From: Spongospora subterranea f. sp. subterranea
Taxonomy: Eukaryota
Direction: 5' to 3'
NCBI GenBank assembly: GCA_049724395.1
Contig: JAUGWO010000023.1
Coordinates: 372,001-436,000 of the forward strand
DNA: 64,000 bases
Each line of letters opens with the position of its first letter. Position 1 is the stretch's first letter. Under the pieces are notes generated by a model. That model did not search any database. It had not been told where the DNA came from and was given only the letters and a program-made list of their open reading frames with translations. Shown piece by piece: positions 1 through 17,621 of the stretch. The translations under genes were made by a program, and so were the position numbers.

Positions 1-1681
<1,681 letters not shown>

Positions 1682-2449
1682 GATTGGGATATCTGCCTCC
1701 AGAGCTGCTATTCGCAGAAATCTGAATCAGTGAACAATGCAGTTAATTTCAATCGGCGGTTCAATACGCGCTGCTGTACTGGCCCCGCACATTCCATACT
1801 GGCGGCACGTAATAAACGGGCCAGTCATCTTCCACGTGTGGTGATTTGCGCATAAAGGATTGCGGGTTATGATGAATTCAACTGGAAGACTGAGCATGGA
1901 AAGCAAATTAATAGTTCGTGTTCAAAAGGGGAATGTTAAAATCGCTGCGTAAGTCGCCGCATAAAAAGATTGTCGTTTTGAAATGAAACAAAGGCAAACT
2001 GCCGATAATATCGTCTCATATTCTTCGTTGCCGTTGAGATAATAAATATTCGTGGTCGTTTCGTTTGGTACGGTGGAATCACTTCCTTGAGGAATCCAGG
2101 AGTTGTTGGTCGATTTTTTTGATCGAGTGAGGTGAAAATGGTCCAAAGAGAATATCCTGCTCCACTGAAATAAAATACAAGGCGGCACCTGCGGATGGCC
2201 AAGACTGATTAAATACTACCAGGTTGGGGATCATATTGCATGCAGAAGGCGAAGATTGGTATTGCAGCTGCAGTTTTACTGAAATTTATCGGCTGGGGAT
2301 ATGTGGATATTGATAGTAAGCTGAGCAGTATTTCTAAAGCTACCAAGTCATCCAGTCCAGCATTGCAGCTCCACCATTACACCGGGCTAGGTTTACTTCC
2401 AATATCACATGATCCCCGCCGACATTACATTCAAACTGAAACCCGGGCC

Positions 2450-2786
2450 AACTACGAATCAGTCGTCATTTTACGATGCCACCGGTTCGTAAGCAACCGT
2501 TAATTCAAAATGAATCGCAGAATACGATATTTGTCGAATGAAGACGCTGTCGTGGTTGAGGTTGACAGTACTGCCGACCTTTCGCGAACAGAAACTCAAT
2601 GGCGATGAAAGAAATGCAGTCGCGAAAATGATCAATTCGTGCCACCACGACCCCAGCGACAATGCGGAGCGAGTTCGTTTCAAGCGAGCCATCAATGATT
2701 ACCTACAATGTCCAGAAAAGTGTTCTCCAATGGATGCGGTTATAGCTATAAGCATTGACTACGATGGTCAAAAAAAGGCATTGTAA
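2450..2786 (+). repeat. Left arm of an inverted (tail-to-tail) duplication; degenerate coding-like sequence
   Basis: Aligns by eye to the reverse complement of 3105-3445, e.g. AAAGAAATGCAGTCGCGAAAATGATCA...CAAGCGAGCCATCAATGATTACCTACAA...AGCATTGACTACGATG shared. Confidence 0.9.
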
Positions 2787-3104
2787 TTTGAAACAAGGGC
2801 TAATGAGTGGGAAAGTGTATTGAACATTGGTTATCAATTGAATTGAAATAATTCAGGTTCGCTGGCAATTGTTGGATCGGGCGCCGCGATCTCAGTAACA
2901 CGCTTGTACAACTCAGTGCCATCTGGAAACAGCTCTTGAAATTGCCCACTTCGTCCAGTGCATCGTCAGATAGTGGACATACGATATCAAATTGGCTTTA
3001 AAAGGAACGATGGGATTATAATAATCCTCGAAACTTGTTCTAGAGTAATTTTAATCGGTTTTTGTTTCGTCAATTTGTGGACATGCGAGCTTGGAATATT
3101 TTCG

Positions 3105-3445
3105 TTTGATCATCGTAGTCAATGCTTATAGCCATAACCGCATCCATTGGAGAACACTTCTCTGAAATTTGTAGGTAATCATTGATGGCTCGCTTGAGAA
3201 GAACCCGCTCCGCATTGTCGCTGGGTTCGTGGTGGCACGAACTGATCATTTTCGCGACTGCATTTCTTTAATCGTCATTAAGTTTCTGGCGCTGACGACC
3301 GAGTAAGGGCATATTCCTTGACCATACTGTCGACCACGACAGCGTCTCCGTTCGACAAATCATCGTATTTCTGCGCGTCAATTTGAGTCAACGGTTGATT
3401 CGAATTGGTGGCACCGTTAAATAACGACAGATTCGCAGTCATAGG
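3105..3445 (-). pseudogene. Right arm of the inverted duplication; disrupted paralog of the 2538-2786 ORF
   Basis: Reads ...ND*RNAVAKMISSCHHEPSDNAERVLLKRAINDYLQISEKCSPMDAVMAISIDYD with a GAA>TAA stop and a frameshift relative to the + copy. Confidence 0.8.
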
Positions 3446-3684
3446 ATCCATCTAAGCTAGTTACTGTAAATCGTTTTGTATTAGTTGAGCTGTGGGACAA
3501 TTTGCGAAACATCAGGCTTTGAGGTCTTTTCTAGCTTTTGGGCCATTTTCAGCTCTCCGAGTTGATCATTCCTAGACGGACTATTCGTAACTAAATCACG
3601 GAGTAATATTCAACGATCTTTCGCAGCTGGAAAGTTGATTGCCTTCCAGCGTCTTTGTTTCCATACATCAAGACACATTATTTC

Positions 3685-4515
3685 GGCGACACGATTCCTC
3701 ATTTGCCTCGTTTTGCGTTAGTGAGGTCGAAACGTAACTGATTCCAGGCACTGGGAGGACACTTGTTGCCTTGGAGCTCGGCGACACGATTCCTCATTTG
3801 CCTCGTTTTGCGTTAGTGAGGTCGAAACGTAACTGATTCCAGGCACTGGGAGGACACTTGTTGCCTTGGAGCTCGGCGACACGATTCCTCATTTGCCTCG
3901 TTTTGCGTTAGTGATGGTCGAAACGTAACTGATTCCATTGGGAGGACACTTGTTGCCTTGGAGCTCGGCGACACGATTCCTCATTTGCCTCGTTTTGCGT
4001 TAGTGAGGTCGAAACGTAACTGATTCCAGGCACTGGGAGGACACTTGTTGCCTTGGAGCTCGATTCCTCATTTGCCTCGTTTTGCGTTAGTGAGGTCGAA
4101 ACGTAACTGATTCCAGGCACTGGGAGGACACTTGTTGCCTTGGAGCTCGGCGACACGATTCCTCATTTGCCTCGTTTTGCGTTAGTGAGGTCGAAACGTA
4201 ACTGATTCCAGGCACTGGGAGGACACTTGTTGCCTTGGAGCTCGGCGACACGATTCCTCATTTGCCTCGTTTTGCGTTAGTGAGGTCGAAACGTAACTGA
4301 TTCCAGGCACTGGGAGGACACTTGTTGCCTTGGAGCTCGGCGACACGATTCCTCATTGCCTCGTTTTGCGTTAGTGAGGTCGAAACGTAACTGATTCCAG
4401 GCACTGGGACACTTGTTGCCTTGGAGCTCGGCGACACGATTCCTCATTTGCCTCGTTTTGCGTTAGTGAGGTCGAAACGTAACTGATTCCAGGCACTGGG
4501 AGGACACTTGTTGCC
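3685..4515. repeat. Minisatellite, about 9 copies of a 95-bp unit
   Basis: Unit GGCGACACGATTCCTCATTTGCC...TGCCTTGGAGCTC starts at about 3685, 3780, 3875, 3967, 4061 (8-bp deletion), 4149, 4244, 4339 and 4430; no spacers. Confidence 0.97.
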
Positions 4516-5256
4516 ACCGCTACGTACCGGAAAGCAACATTTCCAATTTAGCCACGAATCAATAGCTTCTTCTACTACCCAAAACATACCAGCACAAAAA
4601 TTGCAAAACCAGAAGTTCTAGGCGAAACGCATACCATCTGCACCCGACTGACTAGAAGTATTCGTGGCTTTTTCGCAGCAAAACTAAAGTGCTTTGACAG
4701 TACATAACCTGTTGAAACGAGTGGCAAGTTGGCATCAATCATGTAGCGAAACTGAAGTGTAGCCGAATAAACACGCTAGCTAGGCAGAGGTTGTCAATAT
4801 TTCCCATCCAGTTGATATTGCTCTGATAATCAACCTCATTGACACCGAAATTGGAAGTTTTGTTTTAAGATAATTTGGGACTTGCTGGCGTGGCGTCCTA
4901 AAATCGCCCTCTTTTTCAAACACCGCAACACGAACGTCCCGGAACAATCATTTGCCTTGTTTCCCCTTTTTGCGTCGAGTAGGTTTCTGGTGAAAACACC
5001 AGTTTGCTGGGTTTCGGAAAACAAGGATAACAGTCACTGCTCAGAACAAGAGTTGACACAATTGCTAATTCGCTAGTGTGACGTTTGTGCATCAAAATAA
5101 AACCAAACCTTACAAGGAGCGTATGAGTGCATCGAAATAAAAAATGATCGAGCATTAGGACAAACGAAAAGCACCACAGCTAGAGAGAATCAATAAAAGT
5201 ACATTGAGTCAAGGAAGAAAAGATGTAGTTAATGGAATACGATAATCCTAGAAAAA

Positions 5257-8355
<3,099 letters not shown>

Positions 8356-9615
8356 TGGTGCTACAATATATAACCGATCCTGATTTGACGAGTGAATGAT
8401 GCTTATAACCACAGACACAGTCCAGTTGAAGTCAAGTTACTCCTCTGCGACTAACTAGGAGGTTGCGCTGATGTGGACACCGGACAGCTGACTTGTGGGG
8501 CATTTAAGTTCGCTATGTGCCGCCGGGATAAATCCTGAGGTGCTGGAGAAGATATTGCGCCACTGGGCAATCGGATCCTGATTCCTGGCGAGGGGAAGAT
8601 TCTGCCAATTCGCAATCATTTTAGCGGATGCAGCTTGCTCCACACCAGCGTTGGCGCCATCAGATCGCGTTTATTGTAGTTAATCATTTTGAAATCTCTC
8701 TCAGAGGGGTCGTTTATTTTATATGTACACTCGCGATTGGATAATCAAAGACTTCAAGATAAATTGAATTTTACAAAACTGATGTATGAGACAGCCATTC
8801 CAGATTTGTTCAATGAAATTGCCGAAGCCAGCGCAAAATCCAAACGATAGATCTCTCACAGAAATAATGGTCAGAGTGGCAACAACACAATCAAGAAAAC
8901 TCGACCGTTCACATGGAACATGTTGCCGGTTCAATACGACACTTAATGTCCAGCAATTGTGTTGGAGTTTCGAGGTCATGGAAATGTGCCAACGTTGGAA
9001 AACCCATCTGTAAATACAAAAACAATGCAACGTTTTAATCGATCCAATGAGAAGGACGAGTCAATGAATGTTGAATTATCCAGCGCGGCTCAGTTGTGTA
9101 TGCTTTTTTGAACAGTCCCGGACCTGCGGCTTTTCATTTAGTGAGGAGGTTGAACCAAATCCATTGCCTACAATAGGAGTTTCCAGTCAGTTGGCATCAT
9201 GGACACGTCACAGGAAGTCTTGTTGTCCTCTGCTGTAAGACAAGAACATTATTTCGCGAGAAAGGTTTTTTTGCACGATTTCATTGATGGGAAAGACTCA
9301 ATATTAGACCAAAACTCATTTACTGACTCGGAAACAACGTCCGTCCCGAATTCTGAAATTCCAGTTCAATCCGACAATCTCCCTATCCTAAAAGAAGTTG
9401 ACGAACAATCTTCTGATTAATTGGGAGTACGTCCATATTCAGTCTTCTATACAGTACTAGTAATAGTTGCTGCATCGGCTACACATAAAATCAGCTGCAA
9501 GAAGATGCCACTCGTTTCTGGAGCTGGTTCGAAGTACACTTACAACTCAAAATCTTTGCTGATTTCCCGGCTGATATAGAGTCTGAAAAGCCAGTTTGAC
9601 ATCGTAGTTGTTAAT

Positions 9616-10918
9616 TTATGAAATTGCTATCCGCCGCCAGACGCTCATGTATGTCTGGCCGTTATTTTTCTTGACGCGGCGCGCCTCGTCTGTGGTGAAC
9701 ATTGCCGGAACGGCAACGTCATCAACCAGATCTGCGTCGGACACGCGCTCGAACAACGGATGTGCAGAGAATCGCTCTACCGTCCACGTATATAAATCCT
9801 CAACATCCGTAACATTATATACAAGCCCTCCAATCTGTGAATGACAATCTTTGAACCAATCCGGCATATAATGTTAACATCTGATTTCAAGTGCTAACAA
9901 ACAAATCTATACTACTGGCGGCGATTACGGTTTATGATACAAATCATTAAAAATAGGTTTGGAAACCGAAGTGATCAGAACTGCAAAATCAACGAAAAAG
10001 TTACCTGCATAGCGTAAGCATATTCGCTTAGAAGATTAGATGATATAATGCGACGCCTGTGGTTTGACTTCTTGAAATGCGGATCTGGAAACAGGAAAAA
10101 CATTTTTTGAAGCTGGCCTTTGGCAAAGAACCGCGTAAAGTATTTCATCACATTTGTGTTGCAGACACCGACGTTAGAATATGGCGCGAGCGCATTCTCC
10201 GTCCACGATGTACTGCCCTACGATGTTGTGTCAGATATTGATTGCGATTAACACGCAGTTACGTGAAATGGGAAACGGAAACTTGGTTAAAGAAATTCCA
10301 AGCAAACAATCCGAAGTACGCAAAGGTTTTGCCCAATATTTAAATAAATCAAGAGATGTTGCTGACTGTACGTGAACCTTGAAACAAATGAGAAACAAAA
10401 TTTACAGAACTGACACAGTTAGGACAACATAGAATTGCGATGAAGCTCAAAATTATTAATCCGACAGTACTTAAATATGACGTTAATGGGCAGGTTATTC
10501 ACAGTATAAGACTAGATAGAGTATGGCTGCGAGCCAATCACTTACCCGCTGCCCTGTCTGCAGGTCTTTTAGACGCTTCTCCACGTGCTTAACGACCTGA
10601 TCACGAATCTCCATGCCTAGAATTAACTGGCGCGGGTATATGGGCGAGAGGGCCTCCAGCAGGCCACCGAACCCACATCCAATATCCACAATGCGGACCG
10701 GGGGTAGACTATCTCCCGCATTGAACAAAGGGAAATACGCCTTCCAGTCGACAGCTTCAGGATTTTCTGGGCAATCTATCCACAAAGATCACTGATCTAT
10801 AGTGGCAAAGTTATGTAATTAACCACAGACCATATTGATCATTGAAGGCCAATGGGTTGATATGGGCTCGAATTCGTACGAACCGCTTACCCTGGCGGCG
10901 AGCGAAAGGTAGCGCCAT
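9616..10918 (-). CDS. TRM8: tRNA (guanine-N7)-methyltransferase catalytic subunit (Trm8/METTL1), multi-exon
   Basis: [26 protein letters not shown] motif [61 protein letters not shown]. Confidence 0.95.
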
Positions 10919-11175
10919 CTGGAAGTTCCGGGGCATCGGGGGTCTGGTCCGTCCGTCCCATAGTCCGGCCTCGGGATCCGCCACGGCACTCTGTCCTTCA
11001 ACACATGGTATCGCAAGTTCACAACTTCACGCGGTTAGTAGTTGAATTGTTGTTTTCGCTTCAGAAATAGCAAGTAAATACTGAGAAATCACAAACACTT
11101 AATAACGGCGAATACAGTTGTATTCTGTTTTCATGACACGCTTGTTTGAAATTGCATGTGTTTTTTCTGAATCAT

Positions 11176-12577
11176 CTACACAATAAGGAGAATGGCAAAC
11201 CAGACCATGGTTACAATCGAAGGGCCCAAATCTGATTCTGATGAAACCACAATTTTTTGTGCTGGTATTGCCGGGTTCACAGTAGTTGTAGGTGCCATTG
11301 TTGTGGTCGGAGCTGTTTGATTGGTCGTTGTCGCCTGGCTCGTCCCATTTGTCATGGGTGGGGTCGTCGTACCTGGTGACGTCTGACTAGGCGTTGATGG
11401 CGAAGAAGTGGTTCTTGTCAACGTCGTTTTCGATCTTTTCGTTTTTCGCAGGGTTGTTTCCGTCATAGTTCTTTGGCTCAACGTTGTTTTCCTCATTGTC
11501 GTCTTTTTCATTGTCACTGCTCTCAGTGATGTGTTGTTAAAAACTTCAGTTTGCTTCAATGTGGTTTTCCTCGAAGCAGCATTTGATGTCGGTAAGGCCG
11601 GAAACGGTATCCCGCAATTGGGTTTGGAAATGGATGCGCCCTTGATGCTGTAAAGGGCGTTAGTTCCGCATCCGGATTGTCCAACCTTGACTACGCCATG
11701 CGAAATCGTGTCGAACAACGAATCAGCATATTCAATGCAGAGTAGCGTCAGCTCTTTCTGCAAAGTGTCCTCCACGCTCCATGAGCGACATGTCGATAAG
11801 CTTCACAACAAGTAGTTTAGTCAAATCCAATGCAGATAATAATCGTGTCTGTCACATCATATCGCTAAAAAGGAAGTGCAAAAATTTCCATTTAGAACTT
11901 TGGAAATAAATTTTTTCGACTCTTTGTTAAATAGGCACTTCCGGATATTACGACAAACCTAGCACAGTCCTGTTGGCAAGCGAGTGTGAAACTTCGGGCC
12001 CCTTCGAGAATCACTGTGCGGTTTTGAGATGGCTGGAATATTCTGGAGGTCGACCGTAGCACGTTTCCTGTATAAGACCCTGAGAAAACAGAGGTTAACT
12101 AACGATTAGAAACCGAAAAGCGCAGTAAAAGCGGCGAACGGATGATCACAATTTCGAATCTGAACAGCAGATAACAGTGGTCGGAAACTTATTTGGCTTG
12201 CCAAACTCGATCGAAGTTTCTATACCGCAGTTCATGTTGAAAACGATAAAATTATCAGGATTGACGAGAGACGCTGTCTTTTCGAATAGAATCCCGGACG
12301 CGGCGGTCAACTGCGGATCATGCACGGCGGGCGTCTGACATCGTCGAAGACTATAAACAGTGCACATGGTGTTGAGGCCCGTCGTGAACAGGAACGATTG
12401 ACACTGTTTGTCTGCGTTGCAACGCTCGGCACATTCTTTGACTGTAGCGATTCCGGCGATGACAACACCTTCAGATCCAGCAATGATATAGTCGTTGTCA
12501 GACACCAGAGCGTATCCGTTTGGTGTCTGACCATGAACATCAATGGCCATGAGCAGGATGAATATTAACAGCAACAT
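11176..12577 (-). CDS. Secreted/surface protein: signal peptide, PAN/Apple-like domain, Thr/Pro-rich stalk, C-terminal hydrophobic (GPI/TM) tail
   Basis: MLLLIFILLMAIDVHG signal-like start; TVKECAERCNADKQCQSFLF...CTVY PAN cysteine pattern; TTSSPSTPSQTSPGTTTPP...PTTTMAPTTT; ends IVTMVWFAILLIV*. Joining the two ORFs through introns is inferred. Confidence 0.7.
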
Positions 12578-12802
12578 TGTGTAGGAGATTTGGTGGCAAG
12601 CTATAATGTAAACCATCAGTGACAATGATTCCAGATGAATCTAGAATAGGCAAGATAATAATTTTTGAAAGAACTTGCTTTTACCCAGAATTATGATGTA
12701 GTATAATAAATATAATCTTGTTTTGATAGCACCTCTCGTAACGACACTGGTTTAATTTCTGCTCTGCTAGTCGTGTACCAATGATTGGAATTACGAGCAT
12801 AA

Positions 12803-13387
12803 TTACTCATCAAACGACAAAACATTGACGTTATGCTGACGATTTTTGCTAATTTTCTTTTTGGGTTTCGTTATGGTCGTCGACACATCACTTCTTCGAC
12901 GGAAGGCATGCCGACCTTGGGCCTCAAGTCGCTCCGCCTCGTCGGACACGTCATTAGGTGGAGATAAAGCAGTGATGGTGGCATCTTTTGCCGGTACGAC
13001 ACTGCTGAATTGGATCGCCTCTGAGGTTAACGGAATACTGGGTGGAGTGGATTCCGTTATCACAGTTTCACTGGTCTGGCCGGAGATCTGGGCAAGAAGG
13101 TCGGCGTTGCGCGGGTTGTTGAGCAACTCGTGACGAAACTCTTCCATGTTCACCACGACCGGCAACAAATCCCCGTCATTTCGCCGCCGTTCATTGCGTT
13201 CCATTTCTCGGGAATCATGAGCGGCTGCAGCCGCATGTAGTGACGATGCCGCCGTCAGCTCCGGGTGTTGTGTGTGAAACTCCTGAAGAAATTTTGGGAC
13301 CTGAACAGACTTTGAGAACCATAATCGCCAAGATAGGTACTGTCTAAAGACCTGCTTTGTGAACTGGACGCTCCCACGTTTTGACAT
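12803..13387 (-). CDS. Hypothetical protein (194 aa ORF, basic C-terminal NLS-like stretch)
   Basis: Uninterrupted ORF with protein-like composition; KPKKKISKNR; no recognisable domain. Confidence 0.5.
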   Translation of the reverse strand: MSKRGSVQFTKQVFRQYLSWRLWFSKSVQVPKFLQEFHTQHPELTAASSLHAAAAAHDSREMERNERRRNDGDLLPVVVNMEEFRHELLNNPRNADLLAQISGQTSETVITESTPPSIPLTSEAIQFSSVVPAKDATITALSPPNDVSDEAERLEAQGRHAFRRRSDVSTTITKPKKKISKNRQHNVNVLSFDE

Positions 13388-14641
13388 GCCTAGGAACGGA
13401 GATACTTGGTGCTGTAATAAACACTTGACAGCCCGAGGGAATGAGAAAATCCACTGAGTCCGTAGCCAGCTTCATTCAACATCATTGGCCAACCTTCAAC
13501 TACAGACCATTGTTGCCCGTGTAGCAGAATCGTTAATAAAATGCAACAGTGCAATTGTCCTTCTTATTCTCATGGCATACCTTTGTAGGTCTCATTGAGA
13601 ATCCTCAGGCTATTTGTGATTCAATGCAATATACATTTAATGGTTCTTTTGCTACTTTCATGGCATATTTTGGTCAGCATAGTAAGTAAAGCATAACAAT
13701 GGCGTTCTCATCCATGAGGAAGGAGAGATTGATGATAAGGAAATAAAAATGAAGAAGAAATGATAAAAAGAAAGAAGTAAGGTTGATGAACGCAAGCGAA
13801 CAACTGTTCGGACTGTAGAAGCTTCTGTGGACATTAACAGTCAATCTGAAAGGCTTGGAAAAACCTCGAAGAGGTGACACAACCTAAACAAAACAAAAAA
13901 TAAAGCAGGCTATGAGGAGCTGGCAATACCCGAGCAGCTACGATGATGGTACAAGCAGCATAAAATGGATGAGTCAAGAAAATCTAAGAAGTACAGCTCG
14001 CAAGAAACAATCTAGTAGTAACATTTTAAATGCTGAATGCATTTCCATGATATATAATGTTATCCAATAGCATTCATTATAATGTTATCCAATAGCATTC
14101 ATTCTCTCGTGTGTTCGAACACACGTTTCCCGGTCACAACAGCCTGACATCAGTTCCCGCTCAGTTCCTATCTGTATACTGATACAATTCTCCCATTTAC
14201 AATGTATATCATACTGCTGTTCGTTATCCGATATACTCCACAGTATACATTAACGCGGTATACAGTATATTTTTGAATTGAATATTAAATAACGATACAG
14301 ACGAGCGTTGATTAGCGACATATTACCGGTTATGGGCTATGTTCTGACGGGGGATCTCATTGCTACTAGTGTAGTGTTTTACATTACCTAGCATTCCGCT
14401 ATTTCAACCACAAGTAGAATCGTGAACAAATCATAGCTCTGGGAGAGTAGGCCTTAAAATAGATTCAAATACACTTGATCATTGCAGCAATCAATCGGCG
14501 ATACAACTCGATGACGGGCGTTATTGGTGTAGTAATGCATGATCGCTGGGTACCAAATCAAATCATCAAATATAATTAATGTCTGTTAGATATTAGAGCA
14601 TCTTCACCGCGCAGACCTAAATCTGTAATCAGCAGGGAGTT

Positions 14642-15631
14642 ATGGGGTGCGAGAGGCTTCCCCCAATTCAGAAGTTACTTATTCTGGTCACCATTATTAT
14701 TGCTTGTCAGGTTGGGGGCCGTAATGCAGCTCGTGCTCATACAGCATTTTATCCGGCTCAAAACTTCCACCATAAAAATCAAGTAATATGGCCATTTAAT
14801 TACGGTGAAGCAGGCACTCCGAAGCCTGAAAATCAACCTCAAGATCGTGGTAGCCAATCTGATAATGATTCTGGCAACGAGCCTGACCCTCTTGATGGTC
14901 AATCTGAAACAGAAGACTACGAATCTGATAAAGAATCTAACACTGAATACGACGGATTTGACGGTTCTCACGGTGGCGAACCCAACACGGATCGCAATAA
15001 CGACGAATCTTATAATGGTCAACCAAACAGTGATGATAATGAGTCTGATGAACCTCAAGAGAGTCCATCAACCACTGGTGATGATGAATCTGATGAACCT
15101 CATGGCGGCCAACAAAACACTGATGCCATTGATTCTGATGAACCTCAAGGTGGTCAATCAAACACTGATGACAATGAATCTGATGAACCTCAAGGGGGTC
15201 ACTCAAATACTGATGACAGTGAATCTGATGAACTACATGACGGCCAAAACACTGATGATTATGAATCTGATGAACTAAATGACGGTCAATCAAACACTGA
15301 TGATAATAATTCTGATGAACTACATGACGGTCAATCAAACACTGATGATAACAATTCTGATGACCTACATGACGGCCAATCAAACATTGATGATAATAAT
15401 TCTGATGAGCAACATGACGGCCAATCAAACACTGATGATTATGAATCTGATGAACCTGATGATGGTCAAACAAATGATCATACTGATGGTCATGAACCTC
15501 AAAACTCTCAGAGCGATATCACTGAAGATTTTGGAAGTCCCACAACAATCCCACAACAAGATGTCCCTGAACAAAGAGAGTTATTTTCCAACTTGAGGTT
15601 GGAATCTGTGCTCCAGTCGTTATCAAAGTAA
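14642..15631 (+). CDS. Secreted Asp/Asn/Ser-rich acidic repeat protein (14-aa repeats); may continue past 15631
   Basis: N-terminal hydrophobic KLLILVTIIIACQVGG; about 10 tandem 42-bp/14-aa units such as DELHDGQSNTDDNNS at about 15020-15480. Confidence 0.8.
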   Translation: MGCERLPPIQKLLILVTIIIACQVGGRNAARAHTAFYPAQNFHHKNQVIWPFNYGEAGTPKPENQPQDRGSQSDNDSGNEPDPLDGQSETEDYESDKESNTEYDGFDGSHGGEPNTDRNNDESYNGQPNSDDNESDEPQESPSTTGDDESDEPHGGQQNTDAIDSDEPQGGQSNTDDNESDEPQGGHSNTDDSESDELHDGQNTDDYESDELNDGQSNTDDNNSDELHDGQSNTDDNNSDDLHDGQSNIDDNNSDEQHDGQSNTDDYESDEPDDGQTNDHTDGHEPQNSQSDITEDFGSPTTIPQQDVPEQRELFSNLRLESVLQSLSK

Positions 15632-16482
15632 AGAATTGGCTTGTCGGCACCGTTTCTTATGTGGACAAAATGACTTCGGCTGGCTGTAAGTTCGTTTTTT
15701 TTTCAAAAGTTGTCGCTGGATTCTATCATGAATAAATAATTGATTTTCCTGCTTTCTTGAATGCGATATATACTCCTTTCCCGGTTAAATTCAGCTCCTC
15801 AACTCTACCAACCCGAGCACTGATGCACTCGACGTCATCGATAAGCGCTGCACAGACCAATATTGAGCATTTCGAATTGCCTGTTGTTCATTCGCGAGCA
15901 GATCTCGATGCTATATGAACAGCAATGTGAGTCCCCGCTTTTTTCTGGGTTCCATGATCAATATTAACGTTTCAAAATTACCGGGTTCAGTCAAGGGCAC
16001 GTTCAGCCATTATTAAAAGGCAGCAAATAACCAAATCATATTATAACCAATCGAGTGATTTAGTGAAATTAGAAACGAAATCTACAGCAGCTTTTTTGGA
16101 ACAACCCATTTGAAACTGTTACGCTAGATGTTGATCTGGAACAAATGTTCCTTCGTTGCGTTCGACCTCACGAACATATTTTGTCCACTGCTCGATGATC
16201 ATTGCCACCGCCCATTCATACGATCCACAAGCTGCAAATGCATAATTGAGGGTGACTTCCAGCTAATTCATCCAATGATTCTTATTGAGATCTCGTCACC
16301 GGCCAATTTCACGATTCATTTGAGCGCCTCATCTTGAGACGCCTGCGTTGATTAGATTGACTGTTTACACGATTATCTTTCACGTGTTCCGGTCTCACTG
16401 TCCAGATGACTGAAATTCCACAAAGGAACCTTCACGTTCGCTGCTCAGGGTCGTGATGACATCATTCTTCAAAACGATCAAT

Positions 16483-17601
16483 ATGATCGTCTTGATCGTT
16501 TCTCTATCGTGTTTCGCGATTGTGCAGGCTTATAATATCCGGGCATTATCGTCATGTGGAGACGGGAATCGGGTTGTTGCATTTACCTTCGACGATGGCC
16601 CTGATCCGATCTACGATGACGAGCTAATGACAGAACTACGAGACGTCGGCATCAACGCAACTTTCTTCACATCGCCCAAAGTTCGAAGATTATGATGAGG
16701 ACGAACAATGCCAATTGGCGCTTCTGCAGCACCTTGACGGGCATCAGATTGAAATGCATACTATGTCTCATCCTCACTTCCCCAAAATTTCAGATGCCGA
16801 AATCGATTTCGAGATGGTCAGTTCGGCGAATTGGGTGAGCAGGTGCACACAAGGACATATACCGAAATACTTTCGTCCACCGTATGGAGAACTCACACCA
16901 TCACAAGTACAATTACTGTCTGATAGATACGGTATGATTCATTTTTTTCATTTTAATTTTGTATTCAACGCGTTTGTTTGAGCATTCTTGAAACTCTTCA
17001 CGTGTTCCAAGTTACCCTCACGAGCACCTATCTATTCACGTTTTGTTCTTTGTGTAAAATCGTTTGTTGCAATTCCACGTTTAAGAAAATCCTCTGGGGC
17101 ACTAACTCTGGACAAATGCTGCGATTTATAACTTTCTTTATTGGTTGGATCATTCATTGAATTGTTTTAACAGGCGTCATCATCACACAATGGAACGTTG
17201 AGAGTGATGACCACGAGTTCGAAGAAAACCACGACCCAGACGTAAAACATCATTACTATGCTTATTCATTGGCCAATGACGTTCTCGTTTTCCACAGGTT
17301 GTTGCCCAGCGTGTGATCGACAACTTTGAAGAAAAGGTGCACATTGGCAACTCGGCGATTATTTTAATGCACAACTACTTCGCTGGTTTGCGACCCTGTA
17401 ATGTTGATACAATCTTCCCATTAGCGATCTGACTGTGTGACTTCTTATTGTTTCACAGCTGTCGTAACGCAAGTTGCCAACTACTTTAAGGAAATCGGCT
17501 ACAGGTTTGTGACAATAGATGAATGCTATAAGATGTGCGAAGAATCCATCTGCAAAGGGACCGGTGGCCCAACCTTTTACGACGATGTCTATGTTCCATA
17601 G
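16483..17601 (+). CDS. Secreted NodB/CE4 polysaccharide (chitin) deacetylase, copy 1 (+1 indel near 16679)
   Basis: Signal-like MIVLIVSLSCFAIVQA; motif 1 TFDDGP; motif 2 HTMSHPH; motif 3 YFRPPYG; WNVESDD; IILMH; GYRFVTIDEC; ends FYDDVYVP*. Confidence 0.9.
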
Positions 17602-17603
17602 TT

Positions 17604-17621
17604 GGGGGGGGGGGGGGGGGG
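17604..17621 (+). repeat. G18 homopolymer immediately 3' of the deacetylase stop codon
   Basis: 18 consecutive G. Confidence 0.9.

Noticed and set aside
3685..4515. CRISPR array
   Set aside because: The entire 95-bp unit is repeated; there are no variable spacers
8719..9420. Short ORF fragments between CDC48B and TRM8
   Set aside because: Frequent stops, no recognisable domain and no consistent splice model
14053..14102. 25-bp tandem duplication TATAATGTTATCCAATAGCATTCAT
   Set aside because: Only two copies; ordinary slippage with no further structure
14675..15596. Overlapping Met/Asn/Leu-rich and His/Gln-rich ORFs in other frames
   Set aside because: Shadow frames of the acidic repeat gene
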